Positions 12,878-22,363 of a stretch of DNA of 64,000 bases are shown in pieces (position 1 is the stretch's first letter; every line of letters starts with the position of its first letter). A program made the position numbers and the translations under genes. Source of the stretch: an uncultured Planctomycetales bacterium (GTDB taxonomy: Bacteria; Omnitrophota; Gorgyraeia; Zapsychrales; CAYRXT01); NCBI GenBank assembly GCA_964428315.1, contig CAYRXT010000003.1:4151-68150 (forward strand). The letters are read 5' to 3'. The notes under the pieces were generated by a model. It saw nothing but the letters and a program-made list of their open reading frames with translations, was not told where the DNA came from and made no database searches.

Positions 12878-12934
12878 CGCCCGCCCTACCTCCCTCTTAT
12901 TCTCGTGTTTCCGTTTACCGGCTCATAAGCCGCC

Positions 12935-13633
12935 TCATCGTCTTTGAAAAGCCTTCTCCCACATCAAAAGGACGTGATCCCAGACCACCCGGGCCGACAA
13001 TTTACTGCGGCCGCAGTGACGGCCGCGGAACTTGTAGGGGATCTCCTTAAGCCGGACAGGTCCCGGGGAAGACGCGCACAGATCCAAAAGAATCTTGTAG
13101 CCCCGGCCCGAGAGGCCCGGCCGGCATGCTTCGAAAAATTCCCTGCGCACAACAAAAAAACCGCTCATGGGATCCTTGATACCGGTCCGGCTTATGCGCC
13201 GTCCCAGCCAGGTGGCCGTCCGGCTGATCCATGCCCGCGGTGCCGACAACCCCTGCGCCCCCCCGCCTTCAACATACCGGCTTCCGACAGCCACATCGCA
13301 GTCCTCCTCTTTCAAGGCCTCCACCATGGCCGGGATAATGGTCTCGTCATGCTGAAGATCCGCGTCCATGACCCCAAGAAATTCCGCCCGGCTGACTGCC
13401 ATCCCTTCAATGCACGCGGATGAGAGACCCCGCCGGCCGATCCGTTTCAGGCAGCGAACCCGCCGGTCCTGGCGGGCCACCTCGGAGACGGCCCCGGCCG
13501 TTCCGTCAGGAGAATCATCGTCGACAAAGATGATTTCCCAGTCGATGCCTTCCAGCACGCGTCTCAGTCTCTCGTACAGCGTCCGGATATTCTCTTTTTC
13601 ATTGTATGTGGGGATCACCATGCTTAATTCCAT
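12935..13633 (-). CDS. GT2 polyprenyl-phosphate sugar synthase (DPM1/ArnC/GtrB-like)
   Basis: LSMVIPTYNEKENI...FVDDDSPDGT...MDADLQHD. Sits immediately upstream of a GT-C membrane protein. Confidence 0.75.
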   Translation of the reverse strand: MELSMVIPTYNEKENIRTLYERLRRVLEGIDWEIIFVDDDSPDGTAGAVSEVARQDRRVRCLKRIGRRGLSSACIEGMAVSRAEFLGVMDADLQHDETIIPAMVEALKEEDCDVAVGSRYVEGGGAQGLSAPRAWISRTATWLGRRISRTGIKDPMSGFFVVRREFFEACRPGLSGRGYKILLDLCASSPGPVRLKEIPYKFRGRHCGRSKLSARVVWDHVLLMWEKAFQRR

Positions 13634-13651
13634 GATAAATATTCCTCATCC

Positions 13652-15043
13652 TCACCTTTTCCGCGGCAGCCACCGGTCCCAAAAGACCGCGACGCATATG
13701 ATGTACAGCGGCGCGACCGGCAGGGCGTATCTCGTCAAAATCGAATAACACGAATACAGGGCCATAAAGGGAACGATAACGAGCAGAGTAAAGGCCGGCA
13801 GTGCCGCCCCGCCGTCCCCGGAAAATATCCGCCTTCCTTTCGCAAGGACGCGGGCTAAAACATAGAAAAACCCGAACGCGGTCAAAAGCCCCGTCACGGC
13901 ACGCACGCCGTAACGCACAGCCTTCGCGTCATAGATTTTCCCCAGCCAGTCCGGATAATTGACAAAACCGATTTGGGTTGATTCCCAAAAAAACAGTTTG
14001 GGCGCCTCGAGCAGCATAAATAAAATGAATTTTGCCGGGTTCTCCCTGATAAAACGGAAAGTCAGGCGAAGGGTTTCGCCGGACCGCTCGTCGTCCGGAA
14101 CGCCTTTTAGGTACCGCTCAAGGTCCACGAGCCCGTAATAATCGGTCGTGGTGAAATTACAGTACGCGCATTCCTCCCGGGTAAAAAACATCCGGCACAC
14201 CCCGTCCCCGGGGATGTTCGCGACATGGGCGGCGACGATCCGCGGTGTCACCTCGCGGCTGCGCTTGTAGGCCGAACCGAAGAGCATCCAGTCGAAACGG
14301 TTGGTAAAGGCGTAGTTACCGTTATGCACCTTGTTCAGGTATTTGTATCCGGCCACGCCGCCCTCAAAAAGGAGGAGCACGGTAAAAAGGAATACGGCCG
14401 TATTCTTCAAACACCTCTTGTCCCTGGACGCTAAACTCTGAAAAAACCGGAAAACAAAAGGGATCAGGCATAAGAAATAAACATACTGGAACACGCCTTT
14501 GGAAAAGACACTCAGGCTGAAGGCTAGGCCCGTCAGAAGCGACCATCCCAAGACCCGCCGGATCCCGGCGTCGAGGAGCAAAAGCCACGAACGGTAAAGG
14601 CAATACACGGTGGCCAGGACAAAGGGAAAACTCATGATCTCGGAAAAAAGACTCATGCTCGCGTTAATAAGGGCGGGCGATAGTCCGATGTAGAGCACCG
14701 CCGCCATTTTGACGCCTTCCCTCACCCTTAGCCGCGAAAGGATCAACAGCGCCATGACCTGGGTCAGGAAAAGGAGGAAAACCTGAAAGATCTTCTGAAT
14801 GCTCTGGTACTGGGCCCCGAAAAGTTCAGCCATTTTCATCGAAAAGGCGATGGACAAAGGGTAAAGCGGCTCTCTGCGCGGGCCGCTCTTCAGATAGCCG
14901 TCGACGAAGCCGCGCTCTACGATCCGCTCCCCCAGCCCTTCATAGCTCCTGGCGTCCATACTGATGTTCATACGGCTCGCAAAGATTAAATGGGCCCAGA
15001 AAACAAAACAGAGGCTGAAAATAATTATCCATATCTTTTTCAT
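13652..15043 (-). CDS. GT-C fold membrane glycosyltransferase (ArnT/PMT_2-like)
   Basis: About 12 TM helices. The first periplasmic loop has DARSYEG, which resembles the DEARY motif of the ArnT/PMT family. Paired with a polyprenyl-P-sugar synthase. Confidence 0.5.
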   Translation of the reverse strand: MKKIWIIIFSLCFVFWAHLIFASRMNISMDARSYEGLGERIVERGFVDGYLKSGPRREPLYPLSIAFSMKMAELFGAQYQSIQKIFQVFLLFLTQVMALLILSRLRVREGVKMAAVLYIGLSPALINASMSLFSEIMSFPFVLATVYCLYRSWLLLLDAGIRRVLGWSLLTGLAFSLSVFSKGVFQYVYFLCLIPFVFRFFQSLASRDKRCLKNTAVFLFTVLLLFEGGVAGYKYLNKVHNGNYAFTNRFDWMLFGSAYKRSREVTPRIVAAHVANIPGDGVCRMFFTREECAYCNFTTTDYYGLVDLERYLKGVPDDERSGETLRLTFRFIRENPAKFILFMLLEAPKLFFWESTQIGFVNYPDWLGKIYDAKAVRYGVRAVTGLLTAFGFFYVLARVLAKGRRIFSGDGGAALPAFTLLVIVPFMALYSCYSILTRYALPVAPLYIICVAVFWDRWLPRKR

Positions 15044-15089
15044 GAGACTTCCTTTTTTCCGACGGTTTTCTTTTTTTTACATCCTCTTT

Positions 15090-15201
15090 GGATGCCCGCT
15101 TAAGGCGTACGGCCGACAGCGCCTCTGTGAGGGAGATGAAAGTCCCTTTAACTATGTCATGCCCGCCGAGCAGGCCCATTAAGGGGCGGAAGCGGGCATC
15201 C
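15090..15201. repeat. structured intergenic repeat element, copy B (~112 nt)
   Basis: See copy A. ggatgcccgcttaaggcg...tccctttaactatgtcatgcccgccgag...ggggcggaagcgggcatcc, where the outer arms are inverted repeats. Confidence 0.6.
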
Positions 15202-15210
15202 AGGTCATTC

Positions 15211-16413
15211 TCAATCTGACGCAACGGATTGTCGCCGCTTCGACTCCCGCAAAGCGTAAGCGTACACCTCCATCAGCCTCTCATGATTCTTATCCGGAGA
15301 CAGTTCCCGTTCATAATGCGTCTTCATATTTTCGCGGATACCGGGAAGCACATGCTCATTGCGCATAATCCACCGCACTTTTGCGGCCAGTGATTCCGCC
15401 GCCGGCTCAAAAAGGAATCCCGTTTCCCCCTCCTTCACCAGTTCCGGCATACCGCCCAGGCGGCTCACCGCAAGAGGCACCTGGCAGGCAAACGCCTCGG
15501 CCACTGTCCGGGGAAAATTCTCATAACAGACCGAAGGGACGATCATGAGTTTCGCGCCGCGAAGAGTCGCGTCATATTCAACGGGACTGAGAAAACCGCG
15601 GAATTCGACATGCTCAAGGTCATTTTGCCGGACAAAGGCCTTCATCTCATCAAACAACGGGCCCTGCCCAACGACTTTCAAAGTCAGGTCCGGGATGGAC
15701 GCCCACGCCTGGAGAAGAATCCGGATCCCTTTTTCTTCGCTCAAACGTCCCGCAAAAAGGGCATACCCTCTGTCTTCACTTTTGGCCTCACCGGAGGTGA
15801 ACGCGACATGCGGTTTGACAAAGATCTTCTCCGCCGGGACGCCGGCTGCGGCGTATTTCTGCCGGCCGAATTCCGTGGCCATGATGTAGGCGTCGACCAT
15901 GCGCGTCCAGGTGCCTCTCTTCCAGTGGTCTTCCAGCATCCGGACCATGACAAAGGTCAGCAAACGCGAATTCTTATAGCATCCGTAGCGCACGCCCCTG
16001 CGCAGAGACTTGTGCTCCCGGCACTCCTCGCATATCCTTCCGTCACGCAGAAAAAGGGCGTTCGAACATAAGAGCCGGAAATTGTGCTGGCTCTGCACGA
16101 CCGGGACCCCTTCGTCCCGGCAGGCCGCGTACACCGAAGGGGACAGCATGAAAAAGATGTTGTGGAAATGCGCGACCTCCGGCCGGAAATCCGCGATCAC
16201 CCTGCGCATGGCGTCATACGATTCCCGCGACCAGCGCATATCCGCGAAAAACCGCAGCGTCCGCAAAGGCGAAAGCCCGTCGAGCTCGCTGTTGCTGCGT
16301 TCATAATAACGCACCTCGTGGCCGTAACGACGCAGGAGATCGCGTTCGTTTTCGGCCACCGCGTCTTCCCCGCCGGGATGGCGGTACCGGTTGTGAGCGA
16401 TCAAGATACGCAT
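15211..16413 (-). CDS. GT4 (group 1) glycosyltransferase
   Basis: MRILIAHNRYRHPGGEDAV... with a C-terminal GT-B domain (EGFPRTVAEAFACQVPLAVS...). Confidence 0.8.
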   Translation of the reverse strand: MRILIAHNRYRHPGGEDAVAENERDLLRRYGHEVRYYERSNSELDGLSPLRTLRFFADMRWSRESYDAMRRVIADFRPEVAHFHNIFFMLSPSVYAACRDEGVPVVQSQHNFRLLCSNALFLRDGRICEECREHKSLRRGVRYGCYKNSRLLTFVMVRMLEDHWKRGTWTRMVDAYIMATEFGRQKYAAAGVPAEKIFVKPHVAFTSGEAKSEDRGYALFAGRLSEEKGIRILLQAWASIPDLTLKVVGQGPLFDEMKAFVRQNDLEHVEFRGFLSPVEYDATLRGAKLMIVPSVCYENFPRTVAEAFACQVPLAVSRLGGMPELVKEGETGFLFEPAAESLAAKVRWIMRNEHVLPGIRENMKTHYERELSPDKNHERLMEVYAYALRESKRRQSVASD

Positions 16414-16483
16414 GTTTTAACCGGAATTTTTCCGATGCCAGATGCCCGGTATCCAGTAAATCTCTAAGCAACACATTCCAAAT

Positions 16484-17404
16484 TCAACGCATCGTGTCCC
16501 TGTAATATTCCAGCGTCTGTCCCAGGCTTTCTTTCAAACGGACTTCCGGCTGCCAATCCGAAATCCGCCGCAGTTTCCGGTTCGACCCGACGCTGACGGG
16601 AATTCCTCTTGAAGAGTCTTTATTCTCTTTGATGTTGATCGTTCTTTTGTGTGCCTGGGTGAGCAGACAATGGACGACAGAACGCACGGCGCGCCCTTTT
16701 CCTGAGCTGACATGATAGATCTCTCCGGCCCTGCCGCGCCGGGCCACGGCCCAGAGACCGCGGCAGACATCCCGCACGTCGAGAAAATCCCGTTTCGCGG
16801 ACAGGTCACCCGTTTTGAGAACGTGTTTACTTATCATCCTTTCCATGAGGACAATATCACGGGCGAACGCCCCCGTGGAAAGGACCGGCGGCGTCCCGGG
16901 CCCGGTGATATTAAAAATCCGCGCGATGACCACGTCCAGCCCATTCCGGGCGAACATCAAGCCGAGCGCGGTCTGCATATATTTCACATAGCCGTACCAG
17001 CTCAGCGGACGGGGACAATCCTCTTCGGTAAGCATCCCGCCGCCGGTTTTCTGTCTCCCGTATTCGGCCGCACTGCCGGGAAGGACCACGCGAATAGCCT
17101 TCTTTTCACCGCAAATGGCATCCAGCAGGTTCGCCGTTGACCGGACATTCGACCTGATGAGGCCTTCCCTCTCTCCGGACCGTCCCCCGGCGAGATGAAA
17201 TACGATGTCAGGACGGAGAAGGGCCACGCATTTTCTTACCTGCGCCGGCGAACCCATGTCGCAACGCAAATATTTCTTTTCATTTCGCGGCCCGCGGATA
17301 TCACAGCCATAAATGTCCCAACGCGGCGCAATCTCCTCAAGACAGCATTTGAGGGCCCCTCCCAAGAAGCCTTTCACGCCGGTGATCAATATGCGTTTCT
17401 TCAT
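16484..17404 (-). CDS. NAD-dependent epimerase/dehydratase family (extended SDR) sugar nucleotide reductase/epimerase
   Basis: ILITGVKGFLGGAL and a YxxxK-type SDR. Downstream of a nucleotidyltransferase plus 4,6-dehydratase pair. Confidence 0.6.
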   Translation of the reverse strand: MKKRILITGVKGFLGGALKCCLEEIAPRWDIYGCDIRGPRNEKKYLRCDMGSPAQVRKCVALLRPDIVFHLAGGRSGEREGLIRSNVRSTANLLDAICGEKKAIRVVLPGSAAEYGRQKTGGGMLTEEDCPRPLSWYGYVKYMQTALGLMFARNGLDVVIARIFNITGPGTPPVLSTGAFARDIVLMERMISKHVLKTGDLSAKRDFLDVRDVCRGLWAVARRGRAGEIYHVSSGKGRAVRSVVHCLLTQAHKRTINIKENKDSSRGIPVSVGSNRKLRRISDWQPEVRLKESLGQTLEYYRDTMR

Positions 17405-18123
17405 GGCTTGTCCTTAAGGAACTTCCTCCCGTGCCTGCGAAACATCTCCTGCGAACGCTCCAGGTCGTCCGCGCGGCCCAGGTCAAGCCAGAGCCCCTTC
17501 ATGGGATAACAGTGCACGGCCTCGCCGGCGTCTCTTAATCTGAGCATCAATTCCGGCATCCCTATGCGCTCATTGCGCTTTATGTACCGGCGGCACCGGC
17601 GGGAAAACATATTGATGCCCGTGCTGACAAAGGATCGGTGTTCCGGCTTTTCGATATAATCCAGAAACCGGCCCTTCCCGTCGCTTTCCACGACGCCGAA
17701 ATCCGTCCTGACGATTCTTTCCTTGAGGACCATCGTGACCTGTCCCTCGTGTCTCTTGTGAAACGCCGTTAAACCTCGGAAATCCAGGTCCGTCAGGGTA
17801 TCGCCGTTGACGACAAGAAAATGCGGAGCCACATCCGGGATGAGATTAATAGCGCCGGCCGTCCCCAGAGGTTTTTTCTCTTCGACATACTCGATACGCA
17901 CCCCCCATCTTGTCCCGTCACCGAAATAGGCCTTGATCAATCCGGAGAGATATCCCGTGGCCATGCAAACCTTTGTGAAGCCGTAACTCTTTAACTGGCG
18001 GACAATGATCTCGGCGATGGGCATCCCGTGGACAGGGACAAGCGGCTTGGGGAGCACGGCCGTGTAGGGGCGCAGACGCGACCCCAGTCCCCCGGCAAGT
18101 ATGACAGCCTGAATTTTAGACAT
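17401..18123 (-). CDS. sugar-1-phosphate nucleotidyltransferase (HddC/RmlA-superfamily, short form)
   Basis: MSKIQAVILAGGLGSRLRPYTAVLPKPLVPV...GTAGAI. Start moved to the ATG at 18121-18123; the ORF-track extension overlaps the upstream gene. Confidence 0.7.
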   Translation of the reverse strand: MSKIQAVILAGGLGSRLRPYTAVLPKPLVPVHGMPIAEIIVRQLKSYGFTKVCMATGYLSGLIKAYFGDGTRWGVRIEYVEEKKPLGTAGAINLIPDVAPHFLVVNGDTLTDLDFRGLTAFHKRHEGQVTMVLKERIVRTDFGVVESDGKGRFLDYIEKPEHRSFVSTGINMFSRRCRRYIKRNERIGMPELMLRLRDAGEAVHCYPMKGLWLDLGRADDLERSQEMFRRHGRKFLKDKP

Positions 18124-19108
18124 TGTAGATCTCCGGTTTATATCGGTTGAGGTTGTCCTTGAACCAGCGGCAGGTCTTTTCCAGACCAGCCTCCAAATCG
18201 ACCTCGGTCTGCAATGAGACAAGCGAACGGAGTTCTCCGGCGTCGCAAACAAGCCTTTCCACTTCGCTTTTCGGCGGACGGAACCGTTCCTTCTTTTGGA
18301 CGATTCCGGCCCTGCGCCCTGTCATACGGCACAGCATACCGAACACGTCCCGGATCGAAGCTTCTCTCCCGCTGCCGTAGTTGAAGGTCCTGCCGATGGC
18401 CCGGTCTTCCCCGGCCAGCGCCAAAAAGGCATTGACCGTATTACCGACATAATTGAAATCCCGGGTGGAACCGATGTTTCCCAGGGCGACGGACTTTTTC
18501 CCCGCGTAAAGCTGGCTGATGATAGTCGGGATCACCGCGCGGGCCGACTGGCTCGGCCCGAAGGTGTTGAAGGGACGCAGGACCGTCACCGGCAGATCAA
18601 AGGAACGGTAAAAAGACAGCGCCAGCGTGTCGGCCCCGGCCTTGGTGGCGGCGTACGGGCTCTGGGGATTGACCGGATGTTTCTCATCGATGGGGACATA
18701 CTGGGCGGTCCCGTAAATCTCACTCGTCGAGGTATGGACCACCTTTTCCGCGCGGTGTTTTCTCGCGGCCTGAAGGATATTGAGCGTGCCCTTGATATTG
18801 GTGTCCACATAGCTGTCCGGGGAATGATAGCTGAAGGGGATGCCGATCAAGGCCGCGAGGTGGAAGACGACGTCGATGTCTTCCACCGCCTTTTCGACGC
18901 CGTGGGGATCACGCACATCCCCGGTGAAGATGTCAATCTTCCGTTTCTTCTTTTCCGGCAGAGTGTCCAGCCACCCCCAGTGGTTAAAGGCGTTGTAATA
19001 GACAAAGGCGCGGACCGTGGCTCCTTTGCCCAGTAAACGCTCCGTTAAATGGCTTCCGATGAATCCGTCGGCGCCTGTCACCAATACTCTTTTCCCCACC
19101 CAGTTCAT
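18116..19108 (-). CDS. NDP-sugar 4,6-dehydratase / UDP-glucuronate decarboxylase-like extended SDR
   Basis: VLVTGADGFIGSHL, STSEIYG and PYAATKAGAD match the catalytic signatures of 4,6-dehydratase/UXS enzymes. Confidence 0.7.
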   Translation of the reverse strand: MNWVGKRVLVTGADGFIGSHLTERLLGKGATVRAFVYYNAFNHWGWLDTLPEKKKRKIDIFTGDVRDPHGVEKAVEDIDVVFHLAALIGIPFSYHSPDSYVDTNIKGTLNILQAARKHRAEKVVHTSTSEIYGTAQYVPIDEKHPVNPQSPYAATKAGADTLALSFYRSFDLPVTVLRPFNTFGPSQSARAVIPTIISQLYAGKKSVALGNIGSTRDFNYVGNTVNAFLALAGEDRAIGRTFNYGSGREASIRDVFGMLCRMTGRRAGIVQKKERFRPPKSEVERLVCDAGELRSLVSLQTEVDLEAGLEKTCRWFKDNLNRYKPEIYNV

Positions 19109-21534
19109 GACGCGAATCCTTTCTCCCGTATCTTCTCTTCATTCATAAGTTTTCTGTAACGGGCAAAGGTTAACCCATAGATAGTCCAAATCGGAATCGC
19201 CGTGTAAGGGACCTCGAGCACCACCAGAAAATTGGCGGCCACAAACCAGTTGATAACGGCGGCCGAAAGCATGACCCCGATTAATGATTTCTTTTTCAGA
19301 AATAAGCCTATCATGTTCAACAAAAGGCCGAAAACAACTAGTAACCCGAACAGGCCGACCAGCCCGGAACGATAGAGTATGTGCAGAAAGGAATTGTGCG
19401 CCGCGACCCATCCGTCGCGCCGCCATTCGCCGGTGCCCCATCCGAGGACCTCGAGACTGATCGAACGCAGGGGTTTGCCAAACATGAAACCCAGATACGG
19501 AAAAGGCCGGTTATGCCAAAATTCATTGATCATGTCTTTCCAGATAAACAGACGAAACGCGACGTTCGTATAATACACGGCCTGGGGACGGGAAGGCTCG
19601 GCCTTTATCCTGCCGGCTTGCCTGTTACGGGGTTTCTCCGCTGAATCTCGGGATGCCTTTTCTATCCTTTCGCGCGCCCTTTCAAAAATGCCCGGGCTTT
19701 TCGAAGGCAGGCCCTCCATCGATGAGCTAAAGGTTTTTTTCGAAGCCGGTTTGCTGATCGAAGCGATGCCGGTTTGCGGATGTCGAACAGTTTTTAAGTG
19801 GGCCGCGGGCGCCAGATGGAAGTCTTGCGAGGAGGCTTCGTTTGATTGTTCAGATGCTTCGGCCTCCTGTTTCATGCCGGCCTGCAATTCTTTCTCGATC
19901 CCTTCGGCCCGTCTATGCCTTTGACCGGGGCTCCTGTCGACCGAATCAGGCCTCGGCACAGTATCTAGCGCTTCAACTGCTCTGTCTCCGGGTCCCGCCT
20001 GTGCGGACGGAGTCCGCGTCCCCTCGATTTGCGGCTCGGAAGCCACGGAGTCTTTTTCGATTCCCTGGACGGACAAATCTTCAGCCTTGCCCTGGTCCGC
20101 CTCCCTCCCCGATATTGAAACCTGCGCGGTCTCACTTAACGAGCCAGTCAACGGGACCTCATCTTCTGTCTTTTCACCAAGCCGAGCTTCTTCCTCACGG
20201 TGTTCAGCCGCGCCTTCTTCCAAAATATTGCCGGCAGCCGCGCCTCGCGTCCCGGCCGTCACTGTAGCGTCATCCTCGTCCCCTGCTGATAGCTCTTCCG
20301 TCTTTGTCTGCTCATCCACAATCTGTCGACCTTCTTCCGGCATATCAGGTCTTCCCGATTTTCCCAATGCATTGTCCTTTCTCATAACCATGGCTAAACG
20401 CGCATAATACTCTTTGTCTCGCTCCAAGTCCTTAAACAGCTTTTCACTCTCGAGTGGTAAAACCCTAAAAACAGGCCCTCCTTCATATACTTCGGCATCC
20501 AGGGACTTCTCTAAATCCTCTTCGCCCGAGAGCCCTTCTCCCGTCTCCTTCGCCCCCAGACCGCGCAGCCTTCGGCTGATTTTTATCTTTCTCTTCTTAT
20601 CAATGACGCGAAGGATGCTGTTGACTTCCTTTCGCTGTCTTTCGATAAAATTGCACTCGTTCGGGCTGTAGACCTTCAGATCCTCGATTTCATGCGGCCG
20701 GTAATAAGGGATTCTGTTCTGAACTGTCTGATTGTAATAATAATAAACCTCCAGAATTTTAGGCCAGTTCAAGATCGAACGCAGAGACCGCTGGTCAGCG
20801 ATTCGCGCGTAACCAAGGAAGACAGTCAGGACAACGCACGTTAAAATTAAAACCTTCTTCAGGCGGTTAACATTCCATATGAAAAAAAGAGGCCCTATAA
20901 GAAACGCTCCGGCCACAAAGTTGCTTACCATCATCATCCGCGCCGTCTTAAATAAAAGCCGGAACTCAAACAGAGCCAGGAAAACAGCCAACAAAACGTA
21001 GCGAAGTCTCCCCGGGATTTTATAGATCAAGATTAAACCAAGCATGAGCACGCTAAAAAGCCAATAATGATCAAAAATACCAATTAAAAATGCCCCGAAA
21101 AATAAACCCAAAATTGCTACATTGACCGGTGTCGTAAAAAATTCTTTCCGGTAAAAACTCCACGTCAAAACGGCAAAGAGAGGATAATAAAACAGGGCCG
21201 CGTTACGGAAGGCCAGAGGCCCCCAATGGGCGTACCCCGCGAACGCCTTGCCCAGGACAAACGCCAAATAACCGGCCATAACAAAGCTCCACAATCCGGT
21301 CAGACGCCGTTTCCCGAGCAGGGCCTGTTTCCAGAGAAAAAGACCCAGGCAGAAGGCCAGAAATATTTCCCCGGTGAAGACCGGAAAATCCAAAAAAGGC
21401 AGTCGCAGATGCATCTGCGCGAATGAACGTTTGAACATAAAGTACATCATGCATAAAAATCCGATCAGACAAAAACCTGCTGCGTCAATCCAGAAGATCC
21501 GATCATCCAGATTCTTTACCGGCCATCTACGCAT
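19105..21534 (-). CDS. Wzy_C/O-antigen ligase family membrane protein with a ~400-aa low-complexity acidic insertion
   Basis: N-terminal TM bundle (aa 1-250). A ~400-aa E/K/S/A/G/D-rich segment follows. The C-terminus has ...WVAAHNSFLHILYRSGLVGLFGLLVVFG... plus TM helices. Confidence 0.55.
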   Translation of the reverse strand: MRRWPVKNLDDRIFWIDAAGFCLIGFLCMMYFMFKRSFAQMHLRLPFLDFPVFTGEIFLAFCLGLFLWKQALLGKRRLTGLWSFVMAGYLAFVLGKAFAGYAHWGPLAFRNAALFYYPLFAVLTWSFYRKEFFTTPVNVAILGLFFGAFLIGIFDHYWLFSVLMLGLILIYKIPGRLRYVLLAVFLALFEFRLLFKTARMMMVSNFVAGAFLIGPLFFIWNVNRLKKVLILTCVVLTVFLGYARIADQRSLRSILNWPKILEVYYYYNQTVQNRIPYYRPHEIEDLKVYSPNECNFIERQRKEVNSILRVIDKKRKIKISRRLRGLGAKETGEGLSGEEDLEKSLDAEVYEGGPVFRVLPLESEKLFKDLERDKEYYARLAMVMRKDNALGKSGRPDMPEEGRQIVDEQTKTEELSAGDEDDATVTAGTRGAAAGNILEEGAAEHREEEARLGEKTEDEVPLTGSLSETAQVSISGREADQGKAEDLSVQGIEKDSVASEPQIEGTRTPSAQAGPGDRAVEALDTVPRPDSVDRSPGQRHRRAEGIEKELQAGMKQEAEASEQSNEASSQDFHLAPAAHLKTVRHPQTGIASISKPASKKTFSSSMEGLPSKSPGIFERARERIEKASRDSAEKPRNRQAGRIKAEPSRPQAVYYTNVAFRLFIWKDMINEFWHNRPFPYLGFMFGKPLRSISLEVLGWGTGEWRRDGWVAAHNSFLHILYRSGLVGLFGLLVVFGLLLNMIGLFLKKKSLIGVMLSAAVINWFVAANFLVVLEVPYTAIPIWTIYGLTFARYRKLMNEEKIREKGFAS

Positions 21535-22363
21535 GAGGGGCCTCCGAAGTTTTCCATTGCCGCCAATAATATCCTTTGCATCCTTTCAAAAATGTCCGCT
21601 TAGTCCGCGCGGCCGCCGTCAGGACGCCGCAAAGGCCTTGCCTGAATAGCGGAAAACAACGCCTCATGAAAGGATCATTCGCCATGAGAGAGCGTCTTTT
21701 TTCTTGAAGCTGTTTCCGGGTGCCTGTAAAACTCTTGCTTTCCCCGTGCGCGCGGAAATTCGCCATCACCTGGGGGATGTGCCTGAACCTGAAACCGCGC
21801 AGGGCCAGCCGCAGAAAGAAATCATAATCCATGGAATACCGGTAATCCTCATCCAGAAAATGTCCTTCATCAAAAATGCGCCGACGGAAAAAGGATGCCG
21901 TCGACGGGATGGGAAGAACGTGCAGATACTTTAGCATGAAGAGATCGAAATCCAGCTCCCGGCGGTTCTGCACGGTCCGGCCTTCCTCGTCGATCAAACG
22001 GTAATCCCCGTAAACGACGTCCGCGCTTTTATCCTCTTCGAAGGAACGGCTCACGCGCTCAAAACATCCCGGCAGGTAACTGTCGTCCGCGTTCAGCCAG
22101 CCGATAATATCGCCTTTTGCCCGGCGGAAGCCCTTGTTCAGGGCGTCGCTCTGCCCGCGGTCCGGTTCTCGGACAATCTCAAGGCCCGGGTAGCCGCTCA
22201 AAATATCCGCGGTGTTGTCGTTCGAACAGTTATCCACAACAATGTGCTCCACAAACGGATACCCCTGCGCCCTTACGCTTTCGACGGCCTCCCGTATAAA
22301 CTTTCCTTGATTAAAGGACGGCGTCACAACGGTGATCAAAGGTTTTTGTGTCCTATCGTTCAT
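21527..22363 (-). CDS. GT2 family glycosyltransferase
   Basis: LITVVTPSFNQGKFIREAVESV...GWLNADDSY. Confidence 0.75.
   Translation of the reverse strand: MNDRTQKPLITVVTPSFNQGKFIREAVESVRAQGYPFVEHIVVDNCSNDNTADILSGYPGLEIVREPDRGQSDALNKGFRRAKGDIIGWLNADDSYLPGCFERVSRSFEEDKSADVVYGDYRLIDEEGRTVQNRRELDFDLFMLKYLHVLPIPSTASFFRRRIFDEGHFLDEDYRYSMDYDFFLRLALRGFRFRHIPQVMANFRAHGESKSFTGTRKQLQEKRRSLMANDPFMRRCFPLFRQGLCGVLTAAARTKRTFLKGCKGYYWRQWKTSEAPHA

Noticed and set aside
19700-20500. Possible tandem DNA repeats encoding the low-complexity insert of the 809-aa Wzy_C protein
   Set aside because: On reading, the nucleotide sequence is compositionally biased but not periodically repeated. There are no exact tandem units, so it is not a VNTR or CRISPR-like array.
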